Source of the DNA: an uncultured delta proteobacterium
Lineage (GTDB): Bacteria; Desulfobacterota; Binatia; Binatales; Binataceae
Assembly: GCA_963711565.1 (NCBI GenBank)
Contig: CAVQEQ010000004.1
Span: 320,001-384,000, forward strand
DNA: 64,000 bases
Reading direction: 5' to 3'
Below, piece after piece: positions 48,493 to 57,049 of the stretch. Every line of letters begins with the position of its first letter. Positions within the stretch are counted from its first letter, which is position 1. The notes below the pieces were generated by a model. It worked only from the letters and a program-made list of their open reading frames with translations, ran no database searches and had not been told where the DNA came from. A program made the translations under genes and the position numbers.

Positions 48493-49065
48493 ATGCAGGA
48501 AAAGGAAACACTGGACGAAAGATTGCCGGGGCTGTTCGAGCCTGACACCCTTTTGCCCATTCAATACTTCGAGGCGATGCGCAAGAAGCATCTGCTCGAG
48601 GGCGAAAAGCGGCTGATCCTGAGCGTGCTCGAGGACGCGATCGAATGCTTCATGAAATGCATCGACGCGTCCACCAGCAAGGGCCAGCGACTGTTCCGCG
48701 ATGCCGACGAATGGATCGCGCACGAGGACAAGCGTTGGGTCTTCTCGTTCGACAACGTCTGCGACATGCTCGATATCAATCCCGAGTACATGCGGATGGG
48801 GTTGCGCAAGTGGAAGGACAAGCGGCTCGACGCGATTGCGCGGCGACGCGCCGCGATGGTGCTCGAGGCCGAGCGGGCGGCAGCCGAGGCTGCGATGCAG
48901 CCTGCGGCGGCAGCGCCGGCGGTTGCGGCCGCGAGCGCGTCCGCAATGCAGAAGCCCGCGACCAAGGTCGCGGGCAAAGCGGCGGCGCGCGTCAAGCGCC
49001 GCCCCGAGCGCGTGCGCATCGCGAAACGCGCATCCGCGCGCAAGCTGCGCAAAGCGCGCGCATAA
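48493..49065 (+). CDS. Conserved-looking hypothetical protein with Ala/Lys/Arg-rich tail
   Basis: PDTLLPIQY, EKRLILSVLEDAI, FSFDNVCDMLDINPEY; GGAGAG RBS. Confidence 0.8.
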   Translation: MQEKETLDERLPGLFEPDTLLPIQYFEAMRKKHLLEGEKRLILSVLEDAIECFMKCIDASTSKGQRLFRDADEWIAHEDKRWVFSFDNVCDMLDINPEYMRMGLRKWKDKRLDAIARRRAAMVLEAERAAAEAAMQPAAAAPAVAAASASAMQKPATKVAGKAAARVKRRPERVRIAKRASARKLRKARA

Positions 49066-49213
49066 CACCAGACAGAAGAAGAGCCTGCGGCCGCGCATCG
49101 CGTCCGCCGGCTCTTTGCATTCCCAGCAGCGGCGCGCGGGTCTTCGACCCGCCCCCGCCGCGCCTACGCCTTACCGGGCCAATCCTTCGCGACCGCGCTA
49201 TACCCGCGATTTT

Positions 49214-49254
49214 GGTTCCCCTTCCCGCGCGGGAAGGGGTTAGGGGTTAGGTTC
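49214..49254 (-). repeat. Repeat family B, copy 3
   Basis: GGTTCCCCTTCCCGCGCGGGAAGGGGTTAGGGGTTAGGTTC. Confidence 0.9.
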
Positions 49255-49301
49255 ATCGGGCCACTTGCCAGCGAATTCCACACCTCGTAGCGTTCTCACC
49301 G

Positions 49302-49580
49302 ATGCCGCTGCGAACCAAAATTGAATGCCCCGAGTGCGACGCCGACCTCGTCGTCAAGCGCGGCGGCGTATGCCCCAATTGCGGCGCGCGCATCACCGAG
49401 CACGTCGCCCGCGTCCGCTCGCGCGAGCGGCGCATCGAGCAGGTCGTCGCGATCGTCGCAACCGTGCTGGTCGTCGGCGTGGCCGTTGTCACCAGCGGCG
49501 CGACGCTGCTCGAAGGGATTGCTGTCTATGCGATCGTCGGCGCCATCATGTACTACCTCGCGCGCCGCACCTTCGTCTGA
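49302..49580 (+). CDS. Small zinc-ribbon protein with 2 TM helices
   Basis: CPEC...CPNC followed by two hydrophobic segments. Confidence 0.75.
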   Translation: MPLRTKIECPECDADLVVKRGGVCPNCGARITEHVARVRSRERRIEQVVAIVATVLVVGVAVVTSGATLLEGIAVYAIVGAIMYYLARRTFV

Positions 49581-49810
49581 TTTCTCACTGGCCCCTTGTC
49601 TGAACATTTATTTATTTTTCGGTTCCTCAATGAGGTCTGAGGGCGCTTGTCTGAACGCCCGTTTATCTCCGCGCCGCCGAAACCTGAATATTCATTAACC
49701 TCTTCTCTCCGTTGATGTTTTTTATTTTTTATTTCGAATTTCGTGCAACCTGATTCGTCTGATTGCGTATCTAGATGTGCGATGACAACAGGCTTTGAAA
49801 AACGGCTCGA

Positions 49811-49826
49811 TGGCGTCCTAAATGCT
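49811..49826 (+). promoter_or_regulatory. Putative sigma-54 promoter
   Basis: TGGCGT-CCTAA-ATGCT (GG-N10-GC), 28 nt before the ATG, with AT-rich tracts upstream. Confidence 0.5.
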
Positions 49827-49853
49827 CTCTCACTCGGCAGAGGTAACCAAATA

Positions 49854-50582
49854 ATGAATTCCAAACGAGGTCTGATGTCGGCGCTGGTTGGTCTCGCGAT
49901 ACTCGCGACGCCGATGGCTGCGGCTGCCAAGGACTACAATCACTACGACAGTCACACGGCGCACGTATCGCGCAATGTCGCCCGCGCCGTCCGCAACGAC
50001 GCTGTTGCCAACCATGACTTCCGCGCAAACCGCGCATTTGCCGACGCGCACGCCTACCGGAATTACGGTTACGCTAACCGCGGCTACTACGGGGCCCCTG
50101 CATACGCAGCTCCTGCATACGCGGGCGGTTATGGCGGTTATGCGGGCGGAAACGGATGCGGCAACGCGGCGCGTGTCATTAACACCTACGATCGCGACCG
50201 GAACACCGGCCATCCCGCGGCCGCCTACGACTTGCTCGCGCAGAATCGATGGGCGTTCCGTAGTGGATGTGGCGGCGGCGCGCCGGTCGGCGGCGGGATG
50301 TTGGGTGGACTGGTACCTTCGTACAACAACTATGGCGGCGGCGGCGGATTGCTGAGTGGGCTCGCTGGATACCGTGGAACGCCGGCGTATGGCAACAATG
50401 GCGGATTGCTGGGTGGACTCGGCGGATACCGCGGAACGCCGGCATACAGCAACAATGGCGGATTGCTGGGCGGACTTGGTGGATACCGTGGCGCGACCAA
50501 TGGTGCCGGATACAACGGCGGTTACGGCCAGCCTGCCGGTGGAAATTCGATGCTAGGAAATATGCTTCAATACATCAGATAG
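49854..50582 (+). CDS. Secreted Gly/Tyr/Asn-rich low-complexity protein
   Basis: Signal peptide ending AAAA; GGLLGGLGGYRGTPAYxNN repeats; AGAGGT RBS. Confidence 0.8.
   Translation: MNSKRGLMSALVGLAILATPMAAAAKDYNHYDSHTAHVSRNVARAVRNDAVANHDFRANRAFADAHAYRNYGYANRGYYGAPAYAAPAYAGGYGGYAGGNGCGNAARVINTYDRDRNTGHPAAAYDLLAQNRWAFRSGCGGGAPVGGGMLGGLVPSYNNYGGGGGLLSGLAGYRGTPAYGNNGGLLGGLGGYRGTPAYSNNGGLLGGLGGYRGATNGAGYNGGYGQPAGGNSMLGNMLQYIR
50343..50490 (+). repeat. 57-bp in-frame tandem repeat (~2.6 units)
   Basis: Units start with GGCGGATTGCTG at 50343, 50400 and 50457. Confidence 0.9.
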
Positions 50583-50623
50583 CTCAGCGAACGCGCATCC
50601 CTCGCGCATTCTCTGACGACAAG

Positions 50624-50663
50624 CGCGCCCCGTCCCCTCCCGGCGGGGCGCGTTTCTTTTCTT
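50624..50663 (+). terminator. Intrinsic terminator
   Basis: CGCGCCCCGTC...GGCGGGGCGCG followed by TTTCTTTTCTT. Confidence 0.7.
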
Positions 50664-50755
50664 AACCCTGGGTGCAGGGGTCCCCCCCCGCGACGGTGTC
50701 GATGCCCAAGGAAGCGTGAAACCCACGGTGGGTTTCACATTAAATGAAGTGAATT
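50655..50755 (+). repeat. Repeat family A copy
   Basis: CTTAACCCTGGGTGCAGGGGTCCCCCC...GGAAGCGTGAAACCCACGGTGGGTTTCACATTAAATGAAGTGAATT. Confidence 0.85.
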
Positions 50756-50769
50756 GTCTTGCGTGAACT

Positions 50770-51768
50770 CTACACTGCCGCCAGCCGCTCGATCGCTTTG
50801 AGTATCTTCATCCGCCGCTCTTCCGGCGTCCGCGCGAACGACGAGAATTGCAGCGCCGTCGTCGTGATTCCCGCCCGCGCGTAATCGTCGAGCCGCCGCC
50901 GGCATTTCTCCGCCGTGCCGAACACGAAAATCTTCTCGACCATCTCGTCGGGAATCGTCTCGAGCGCTTTCTTGCGATCGCCGGCATTCCACAGCTCGAT
51001 CGCGGTTCCCGCTTCCTTGTCGTAGCCGATCTCGCGGAAGAACTTGTTGTACTGCGGCACTGTCACATAGGCCGTCAGTGCCCGGCGGAAAATCGAGCGC
51101 GCGACCTCTTCGTCCTCATCGACTGCGCAAATTATTCGGCACACCACGTCGAGATTGGCGGGATCCTTGCCTGCCGTACGCATCCCGTCGCGCGTGTTGT
51201 CGAGCATCGGCGCCACCGTCTCGGGCGTGATGAAGTTGACGATCACGCCGTCGCCCAGCTCGCCCGCAATCCGCAGCATCTTGGAGCCTTGCGCACCGAT
51301 ATAGATTTTCGGCGGATGCGTAATCGAAGTGTCGAGGCGGAAGCCGTTTATCTTGACCTTCGCGCCCGCCATCGTGACCTTCTCGCCGCGGAAAATCGCG
51401 CGCAGCGCTTCGACCGTCTCGCGCATCTGCGTCACCGGTTTCTGAAACGGCACGCCCATCCAGTTCTCGACGATATTAGGCGTCGAGATTCCCAGGCCCA
51501 GGACAAAACGACCGCCCGCCAGCTCGTTGACGGTGACGGCCGACATCGCAATCAGGGGCGCCGGCCGGGTGAACACCGGGATAATCGCGCAGCCGAAGCG
51601 CATCCTGTCCGTGAGCATCGCCGCCGCGGCAATCGGCGCGAACGCGTCGGTCGAAAACGACTCGTACGACCATGCGTCGGTGTAGCCGCATCGATCCGCG
51701 GTACGCACCAGCTCGGGAAAATGAACGCCGTTGAACGGGTCGAAGGGGATAGTGATTCCAAGTCGCAT
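50770..51768 (-). CDS. LLM-class flavin/F420-dependent oxidoreductase
   Basis: GYTDAWSYE, IIPVFTRPA, GRFVLGLG, IYIGAQG.KMLRIAGELGDG. Confidence 0.9.
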   Translation of the reverse strand: MRLGITIPFDPFNGVHFPELVRTADRCGYTDAWSYESFSTDAFAPIAAAAMLTDRMRFGCAIIPVFTRPAPLIAMSAVTVNELAGGRFVLGLGISTPNIVENWMGVPFQKPVTQMRETVEALRAIFRGEKVTMAGAKVKINGFRLDTSITHPPKIYIGAQGSKMLRIAGELGDGVIVNFITPETVAPMLDNTRDGMRTAGKDPANLDVVCRIICAVDEDEEVARSIFRRALTAYVTVPQYNKFFREIGYDKEAGTAIELWNAGDRKKALETIPDEMVEKIFVFGTAEKCRRRLDDYARAGITTTALQFSSFARTPEERRMKILKAIERLAAV

Positions 51769-51812
51769 TTTTTGGTTCCTCAGAGTCGCGAATGTAGCGC
51801 AGCCGGACGAGG

Positions 51813-54677
51813 TTAGCCTACCCGCAGGTTCAACACTTCCGCCAGATGCATCGGCGTGCGCGACGGGCAGAAACGGCGAATCTGCGACCGGCACGAGAAT
51901 CCGTCCGCGACGACAATCGCGTCGGGCGGCGCCTTGTCGATCGCGGGAAATAAAACTCTCGCGCCGATCGTTTTCGATATCTCGAAATGCTCACGGTCGT
52001 AGCCGAACGCGCCCGCCATCCCGCAGCATCCCGCGTCGAGCACCTCGAGTTCCGGTCCTGCCACGCGCGACAGGATCGCGGTCTCGCCGCCGATTCCCGC
52101 GAGCGCCTTCTGATGGCAGTGCCCCTGCACGATCGTCTTTCGGCGGATTTCAGGCGGCGCGAAGTCCGGCGCTTCGCGTGCGAGAAACTCGTCGAGCAGG
52201 AACGAATTCGACGCGAGTGCTGGGGCGCGAGCGTCGTCAGGGAACAGCGACGGCAGCTCGTCGCGAAACGTCAGGATACAACTCGGCTCCAGCCCGACGA
52301 TCGGAATCCCCACGGCGACGAATGGGTCAAGCGCGTCCATCACCTCTCGCAGTCGCGCCTTCGCGCGGTCGAGCATCCCCTGGTCGTAGAGCGGACGCCC
52401 GCAGCACAGCTCGTCGCGCGGGACGATCACGCGGAATCCAGCGCGCTCGAGGACTTCGACCGCGGCAATCGCGACCTGCGGCTCGAAGAAGTTGTTGAAG
52501 GTGTCGGGAAACAGTACGACTTCCCGCATGCTCGCTCCAGGAGCCGTCCTGCGCTCGAACAACGAACGAAAAGTGCGCCGCGCAAAACCCGGCAACGCGC
52601 GATCGGAATGAATCGCGAGCGCCTTTTTAACCAGGTCTGTAATCAGCGGCGCATGCGCAATTGCGTTCGCGAGCGACGGCGCGTACGACGCGAGGCGTGC
52701 GACCTCGTTCAGTCTGCCGAAGAACGCCGACGACAGCGGACGCCGGTGCATCCGATAGTAATTCGAGAAAAATTCCGCGCGGTACGCCGACATATCCACC
52801 GACGACGGGCACTCGCTCTTGCATCCCTTGCACGAGAGGCACAAGTCGAGCGCATCTTTCACGGCAACGTCGGCGAAACCTTCCGGCAAAAGGTCAGTGG
52901 TGAGAGCATCGAACAAAATTCGGGCGCGCCCGCGCGTCGAATGGACTTCCTCGCGCGTCGCCATGTACGACGGACACATCGTGCCCGCTTCGGTCTTGCG
53001 GCATTTGCCGATGCCGACGCATTTGAGCGCCGCGCCCGCGAGCCCGCCCTCGGCGCTGAAGTCGAAGTGTGTTGCGATTTCGCGCGCCCGGTAGTTCGCG
53101 CCCAGCTTCAGATGCGAGTCGAGCGGATGAGGATAGACAATCACGCCGGGATTCATCATCGAGTTGGGATCGAAGATTCGCTTGAACTCGCGGAACGCGT
53201 CGATCAGGTCGGGCCGGAACATCATCGGCAGCAGCTCCGAGCGCGCAAGCCCGTCGCCGTGCTCGCCGGAAAGCGAACCGCCGAGACTCGCGACCAGTTC
53301 GCCAAGCTCGACCATCGCCGCGCGGAACGTCGCGATTCCGGCCGCGCTCGCCAGATCGAAATTGACGCGCGCGTGAACGCATCCCTCGCCAAAATGACCG
53401 TAGTAGGTCGCGACCTTGAGGTTGCGGCTGCTGAGGATGCGATCGAAGCCGCGCAAAAACGTGCCGAGATTAACCGGCGGCACCGCTGAGTCTTCGGCTC
53501 CCGGCCAACTGCGCGGGCGCCCCGGGATGAACGCGCTCGAACCGAGTCCCGACTCGCGAATCTGCCAGACCGCGGCCTGCTCGCGCGCGTCTGCCAGGTA
53601 CGCGGTGCCCGTGCATTCTCGATGCCCGCGCGCCTCGGCAATCACGCGCTCCGCTCGCTCACGCGCCTCGTCGCGCGATGCGCCCCCCAGCTCGACTAGC
53701 AGAAACGCGCGCCCGGCGGGCAGAAACCGCACGCCCGGCATCTTCTTGATACGCGCGAACTCGGGCAGATTCTCATCGAAGCCTTCGAGCGCTTCCGGGC
53801 GATGTGCGAGCAGCCACGGCGTTTGATCTGCCGCGGTAAACACGTCGTCAAATCCGAGTACAGCCAGCGCAAGTTCCTTCGGCCGCGGCACCGCGCGAAT
53901 TGTCGCGCGCAGAATCGTTGCGAGCGTGCCCTCCGAGCCGACGAGCGCGCGCGCGAGGTTGAAGCCGCGCTCCGGCATCAGCTCGTCGAGGTTGTAGCCC
54001 GAGACGCGCCGCGGCAGCTTCGGGAAATGCGTGCGCACCGAATCTGCGCAATGGTCGCGAAGCTCACGCAGCCGCGAGTACAACTCGCCTTCGCGGCCGC
54101 CGCGCGCGATTGCCGCGTCAAGCTCCGCGTCCGCGATCGAGCCCGTCAGCGAAAGTTCAGTGCCGTCGTAGAGGACGACCTCGAGCGCCTCGACGTTATC
54201 GACCGTCTTGCCATACGCCGCCGAATGCGCGCCGCACGAGTTGTTGCCGATCATGCCGCCGATGGTGCATCGATCTTTGGTCGAAGGGTCCGGCGCGAAG
54301 AACAATCCGTGCGGCGCGAGCGCGCTGTTGAGGTGGCTCTGGACGACGCCGGGCTCGACCTGCGCGTTGCGCGCGTCGGCGTCAATCGCGATCACTCGAT
54401 TCATGTACTTCGAGAAGTCGAGCACGAGCGCCGCGTTACACGCCTGCCCCGCGAGGCTGGTGCCGCCGCCGCGCGCGAGAATCGGCATCGAAGTTTCGCG
54501 CGCGACCGAAAGCGCCGCAATCACGTCGCCCTCGTGCCGCGGAATCACCACGCCCACCGGCACCTGCCGATAGTTCGACGCGTCGGTGGCGTAGGCCGCG
54601 CGAGTGCCGGCGTCGAAGCGCACTTCGCCTTCGACTATGTTGCGCAGATGAGATTCGAGCGATGCGACTGAGGTCAT
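51813..54677 (-). CDS. FAD-linked oxidase with C-terminal Fe-S/CCG domains (GlcD/GlcF, YdiJ-like)
   Basis: RGGGTSLAGQ, GEHGDG, CVGIGKC, CLSCKGC..ECP, CCG motifs. Confidence 0.93.
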   Translation of the reverse strand: MTSVASLESHLRNIVEGEVRFDAGTRAAYATDASNYRQVPVGVVIPRHEGDVIAALSVARETSMPILARGGGTSLAGQACNAALVLDFSKYMNRVIAIDADARNAQVEPGVVQSHLNSALAPHGLFFAPDPSTKDRCTIGGMIGNNSCGAHSAAYGKTVDNVEALEVVLYDGTELSLTGSIADAELDAAIARGGREGELYSRLRELRDHCADSVRTHFPKLPRRVSGYNLDELMPERGFNLARALVGSEGTLATILRATIRAVPRPKELALAVLGFDDVFTAADQTPWLLAHRPEALEGFDENLPEFARIKKMPGVRFLPAGRAFLLVELGGASRDEARERAERVIAEARGHRECTGTAYLADAREQAAVWQIRESGLGSSAFIPGRPRSWPGAEDSAVPPVNLGTFLRGFDRILSSRNLKVATYYGHFGEGCVHARVNFDLASAAGIATFRAAMVELGELVASLGGSLSGEHGDGLARSELLPMMFRPDLIDAFREFKRIFDPNSMMNPGVIVYPHPLDSHLKLGANYRAREIATHFDFSAEGGLAGAALKCVGIGKCRKTEAGTMCPSYMATREEVHSTRGRARILFDALTTDLLPEGFADVAVKDALDLCLSCKGCKSECPSSVDMSAYRAEFFSNYYRMHRRPLSSAFFGRLNEVARLASYAPSLANAIAHAPLITDLVKKALAIHSDRALPGFARRTFRSLFERRTAPGASMREVVLFPDTFNNFFEPQVAIAAVEVLERAGFRVIVPRDELCCGRPLYDQGMLDRAKARLREVMDALDPFVAVGIPIVGLEPSCILTFRDELPSLFPDDARAPALASNSFLLDEFLAREAPDFAPPEIRRKTIVQGHCHQKALAGIGGETAILSRVAGPELEVLDAGCCGMAGAFGYDREHFEISKTIGARVLFPAIDKAPPDAIVVADGFSCRSQIRRFCPSRTPMHLAEVLNLRVG

Positions 54678-54733
54678 GATCGACGATGATTGTAGTTCAG
54701 CCCGACAATCCAGCGTGAACGGTGGAGGTCGAT

Positions 54734-55250
54734 ATGTCGAACGATCAAAGAAAGGTGTTGGCCGGGATGGCGGCCGCGGTCGTGTTCAGCGTGGCGTTCT
54801 TCGAAGTGGCCTTCCGGATGACGAACGTTGGCCCGACACCGCCCGGCATGATCGAGAACGTCGTGGCGCCTCGAGTATGCGCTCAAGTGCGAGGTCTTCG
54901 CGGCGCTATGCCTCGTCGCGGGCGTCGCGCGGCTCGCGAATCGCCGCTTCTTCATCCCCGACGCGATCGAGGGCGGCTCGTCGCCGTCAATCGACATCGA
55001 TAAGCGCTATCTGCAGAACACGCTGGAGCAGTTGGTGCTCGCGATCGTCGCCCATCTCGCGCTGGTCACGATCGTCGCCCCCGAATCGATCCGCGCCGTA
55101 GCAGTCCTGGTCATGCTGTTCGTGATCGGCCGCGTAACGTTCTGGATCGGGTATCATGTGTCGGGTCCCGCGCGCGCATTTGGCTTCGGCACCACGTTTT
55201 ACCCAACCGTCGCAGTCTATGCGTACGTCGTATCCCGGCTCGTCGCGTAA
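54734..55250 (+). pseudogene. MAPEG-family membrane protein, frameshifted near 54863
   Basis: GGAGG RBS and MSNDQRKV...; a second frame from 54864 reads WRLEYALK...ANRRFF...YLQNTLEQ...GRVTFWIGY...RAFGF. Confidence 0.75.
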
Positions 55251-55284
55251 GTCGCGCGCGAAAGATGCTCGACGCATCCGCCTG

Positions 55285-56049
55285 CTAGTGTGCCATCGTC
55301 CCGGTCGGAGCCGGCTTGCGCAGATTGGTCGCCAAAATGCAGACCGTCATGAATGCCGCGAGCGTTAGCGACGATTCGATGCGGTCGAGATTCAGCCCAC
55401 CCTGGACTTGAGGCTTGGTCAGGATGTCGCCCAATGTCGCCCCTAGCGGGCGCGTCAGAATAAAGGCAGCCCAGAACAAAATCGTGTGCGGGATTCTGGT
55501 GGCGAAGTAGGCCGCTGCGACCACCGCGATCAGTCCGCCAAATACCAGCGCGCCGCCCTCGAAGCCGAAACCTCTGGAATCCGCCAGGTAGTCGCCAAGC
55601 GCGGTGCCGAGCGTGTTCGAGGCCAGGATCGTCGTCCAATAAAATATTTCCGTTCTGTAATCCGCAACCCGCGCGACGGAGATGCTCCCTGTTGTCAGCC
55701 GCCACGCGCCCAGGCAGGCCAGCACCATGCCGAACAGAATCAGCGACGTGAGCGGATAGCCCAGCCCCGCAGTGCGATCGAGGTAGTCTGAGATGGTCGT
55801 TCCTACGGTGGTCGTCGCCACGATGACGAACCAGTAGTTGAACGGGCGGTAGCGTCGCTCCGCCACTTGCAGCGCCAGGGCGACGACGAAGATGACCGCG
55901 AAAATGCCCGTGGCGGCGAGATACCCGAAGTTCATCGACATCGAGACGGCGTCCCCGCCGGTCTCGCCCAGCGTGGTCGCCGCGATCTTCGCGATCCAGA
56001 ACGCCAGCGTCACCGCCGGGACCTTGTTCAATCGCCCATCGTCTATCAC
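55285..56049 (-). CDS. DUF347 (COG4705) membrane protein
   Basis: NKVPAVTLAFW..KIAATTLGETGGD, TLGTALGD, FILTRPLGA. Confidence 0.88.
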   Translation of the reverse strand: MIDDGRLNKVPAVTLAFWIAKIAATTLGETGGDAVSMSMNFGYLAATGIFAVIFVVALALQVAERRYRPFNYWFVIVATTTVGTTISDYLDRTAGLGYPLTSLILFGMVLACLGAWRLTTGSISVARVADYRTEIFYWTTILASNTLGTALGDYLADSRGFGFEGGALVFGGLIAVVAAAYFATRIPHTILFWAAFILTRPLGATLGDILTKPQVQGGLNLDRIESSLTLAAFMTVCILATNLRKPAPTGTMAH

Positions 56050-56103
56050 TCGTTGTATCGCTCCAGTCCTGTCGATTTTGGGTCTGGCGCTCGCGCGGCA
56101 CGA

Positions 56104-56874
56104 TTAGAAGGTCACCAGCAGGGCCCCATACCATGAGTAGCGATCGGTCTCGTTCGCGTTCTCGATGCCTGGCCCTGCCGAGGCGAGCAGATGTAAGTTA
56201 TCGGTGAGATCGTAGGTGAAGCCGCCATCAATTTCAGTAGTAGCGAGTCCTCCGCGGGTATTGGGCGACTGGTAATAGACTTCTGCACCAATTCGAAGAT
56301 GGGGCAACACTTCCCGCGTGACCGCCCATCCGAGCTGGTAGTAGTCCTGGTAGTTTCCACCGCGGTCGATCTGATATCCGCCGCCTCCGAATGTCGCCCA
56401 CGCGCCGAAATCCTTCTCCAGCCATAGCGGCAGAAACAGCGAAGGAAGTTCCCCGGATTCACCCGGGCCGGCCGGCAGGAAGACGCGCGGATAGAAGGCA
56501 ACGTTGACGCCGAAGTCACGCTGATGCAGGAAGCGATATTTCAATGCCAGCTGAACATTGCCGAGAGTGACCACGTTTTGGCCCTGTACGCCGTTGCCGA
56601 AACTGACCGGTAAGACCACGCCCGAATCACCGAATCCGGCCGGTACGACCACGTCCAACTGGAACTCGGGCGCTACGCCATAGTTGAAGTCTATTCCCGC
56701 CAGCTGGCCAGTCCCGGAGCGCGTGGCCGTTCCGCCATCGAAGAAATAGATTTCGAAATGCCTGTAGTCGGTCGGTTCCGGATCATCCGTTTGATAAGGA
56801 GGCCCGCCAAACGCCGGAACCGCCAGCGCTACGATCGCCGCAAAAACCGCAAGAGGTATCAGCCTATGGAGCAC
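56104..56874 (-). CDS. Outer-membrane beta-barrel protein (putative transporter)
   Basis: Signal peptide, GPPYQTDDPEP, amphipathic strands, C-terminal Phe. Confidence 0.75.
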   Translation of the reverse strand: MLHRLIPLAVFAAIVALAVPAFGGPPYQTDDPEPTDYRHFEIYFFDGGTATRSGTGQLAGIDFNYGVAPEFQLDVVVPAGFGDSGVVLPVSFGNGVQGQNVVTLGNVQLALKYRFLHQRDFGVNVAFYPRVFLPAGPGESGELPSLFLPLWLEKDFGAWATFGGGGYQIDRGGNYQDYYQLGWAVTREVLPHLRIGAEVYYQSPNTRGGLATTEIDGGFTYDLTDNLHLLASAGPGIENANETDRYSWYGALLVTF

Positions 56875-56882
56875 GTTTCTGT

Positions 56883-56909
56883 GACGCGGTCGCGTGGTGT
56901 CTGGTTACA
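56883..56909 (-). promoter_or_regulatory. Putative ECF-type promoter
   Basis: Minus strand TGTAACC-N16-CGTC, just upstream of the barrel gene. Confidence 0.45.
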
Positions 56910-57049
56910 TGACGATCGGCGGGGCCCCAACTTTCATGCTCTCCCTTGCAGAGGCCGTAGAACTCTACTACCGCATACAGGATTATTGTTTCCGACGAGG
57001 CTATCCGAGAGCAGCGCCATCGGCTATCGCAGGATTTGAGGACACCACA

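Noticed and set aside
49231-49252. TTAGGGG as telomeric repeat or eukaryotic contamination
   Set aside because: Only two units, embedded in repeat family B within clearly bacterial context.
50343-50490. Regularly spaced repeats as a CRISPR array
   Set aside because: 57-bp in-frame coding repeats with synonymous variation, no unique spacers and no cas genes.
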